Shown here: positions 63,737-64,000 of the stretch, piece after piece
How the letters are laid out: each line of letters opens with the position of its first letter
Position numbering within the stretch: position 1 is the first letter of the stretch
NCBI RefSeq assembly: GCF_052425735.1
Contig: NC_135761.1
Location: forward strand, 39,246,001 to 39,310,000
From: Oculina patagonica
Lineage: Eukaryota
Direction: 5' to 3'
DNA length: 64,000 nucleotides
Notes under the pieces: generated by a model
The model's input: only the letters and a program-made list of their open reading frames with translations
What the model was told of the DNA's origin: nothing
The model's database searches: none
Position numbers and translations under genes: made by a program

Positions 63737-64000
63737 ATTATCAATTATAATGATACCAGTAAGGATGATGATATTTCATATGTCGATGATGATCACTATG
63801 AGAACAATGATATCTCACCTTTTTATTCCAAAAAGTAGACATCGAAGCCCCCCCCATGTGGGAGGACCAACTTGTCTCAAGTCGATTAGTGTGTTGTCAC
63901 GGACCCATCTTCTGTGCTTCAGAATCCGCAGCTCTTGCATTGAGCATACGAGCCTTTCTGGAGTATTGTTCTAAAAGAAAATAACAATGATCAGTTTGTG

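Overview
Eukaryotic, AT-rich, repeat-saturated DNA. The repeat families look like those of an anthozoan, probably a stony coral (inference). I recognise no intact host protein-coding gene, rRNA, tRNA or CRISPR array. The window has four parts. (i) 0-9 kb: MITEs and a ~1.1-kb inverted repeat. (ii) ~9-34 kb: a dense mosaic of short TE and viral coding fragments (EnSpm, LINE ORF1, MULE, Polinton pPolB, DUF6589-like, zinc knuckle, Penelope, DIRS-like, hAT-like, Harbinger), all on the + strand. It includes a ~6.1-kb near-identical duplication either side of an N gap that is probably an uncollapsed haplotype. (iii) ~35-51 kb: a spacer with nested DNA transposons and one 5'-truncated LINE RT. (iv) ~52-64 kb: a second mosaic (LINE ORF1, hAT-like, Tc1, EnSpm accessory ORF, tyrosine recombinase, Sola-like), all on the - strand. 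At the inner edge of each mosaic sits a homologous promoter/exon-1/splice-donor-like module sharing an identical 23-mer (TGCCTGGTTACTCAGCGTCACAT). The two modules point outward, so every recognisable TE fragment would be transcribed antisense. This is the architecture expected of a divergent pair of flamenco-like uni-strand piRNA clusters (inference, needs small-RNA data). Penelope fragments carry hammerhead ribozymes, two of them apparently intact. Coordinates of degenerate fragments are approximate and identities are by-eye estimates.
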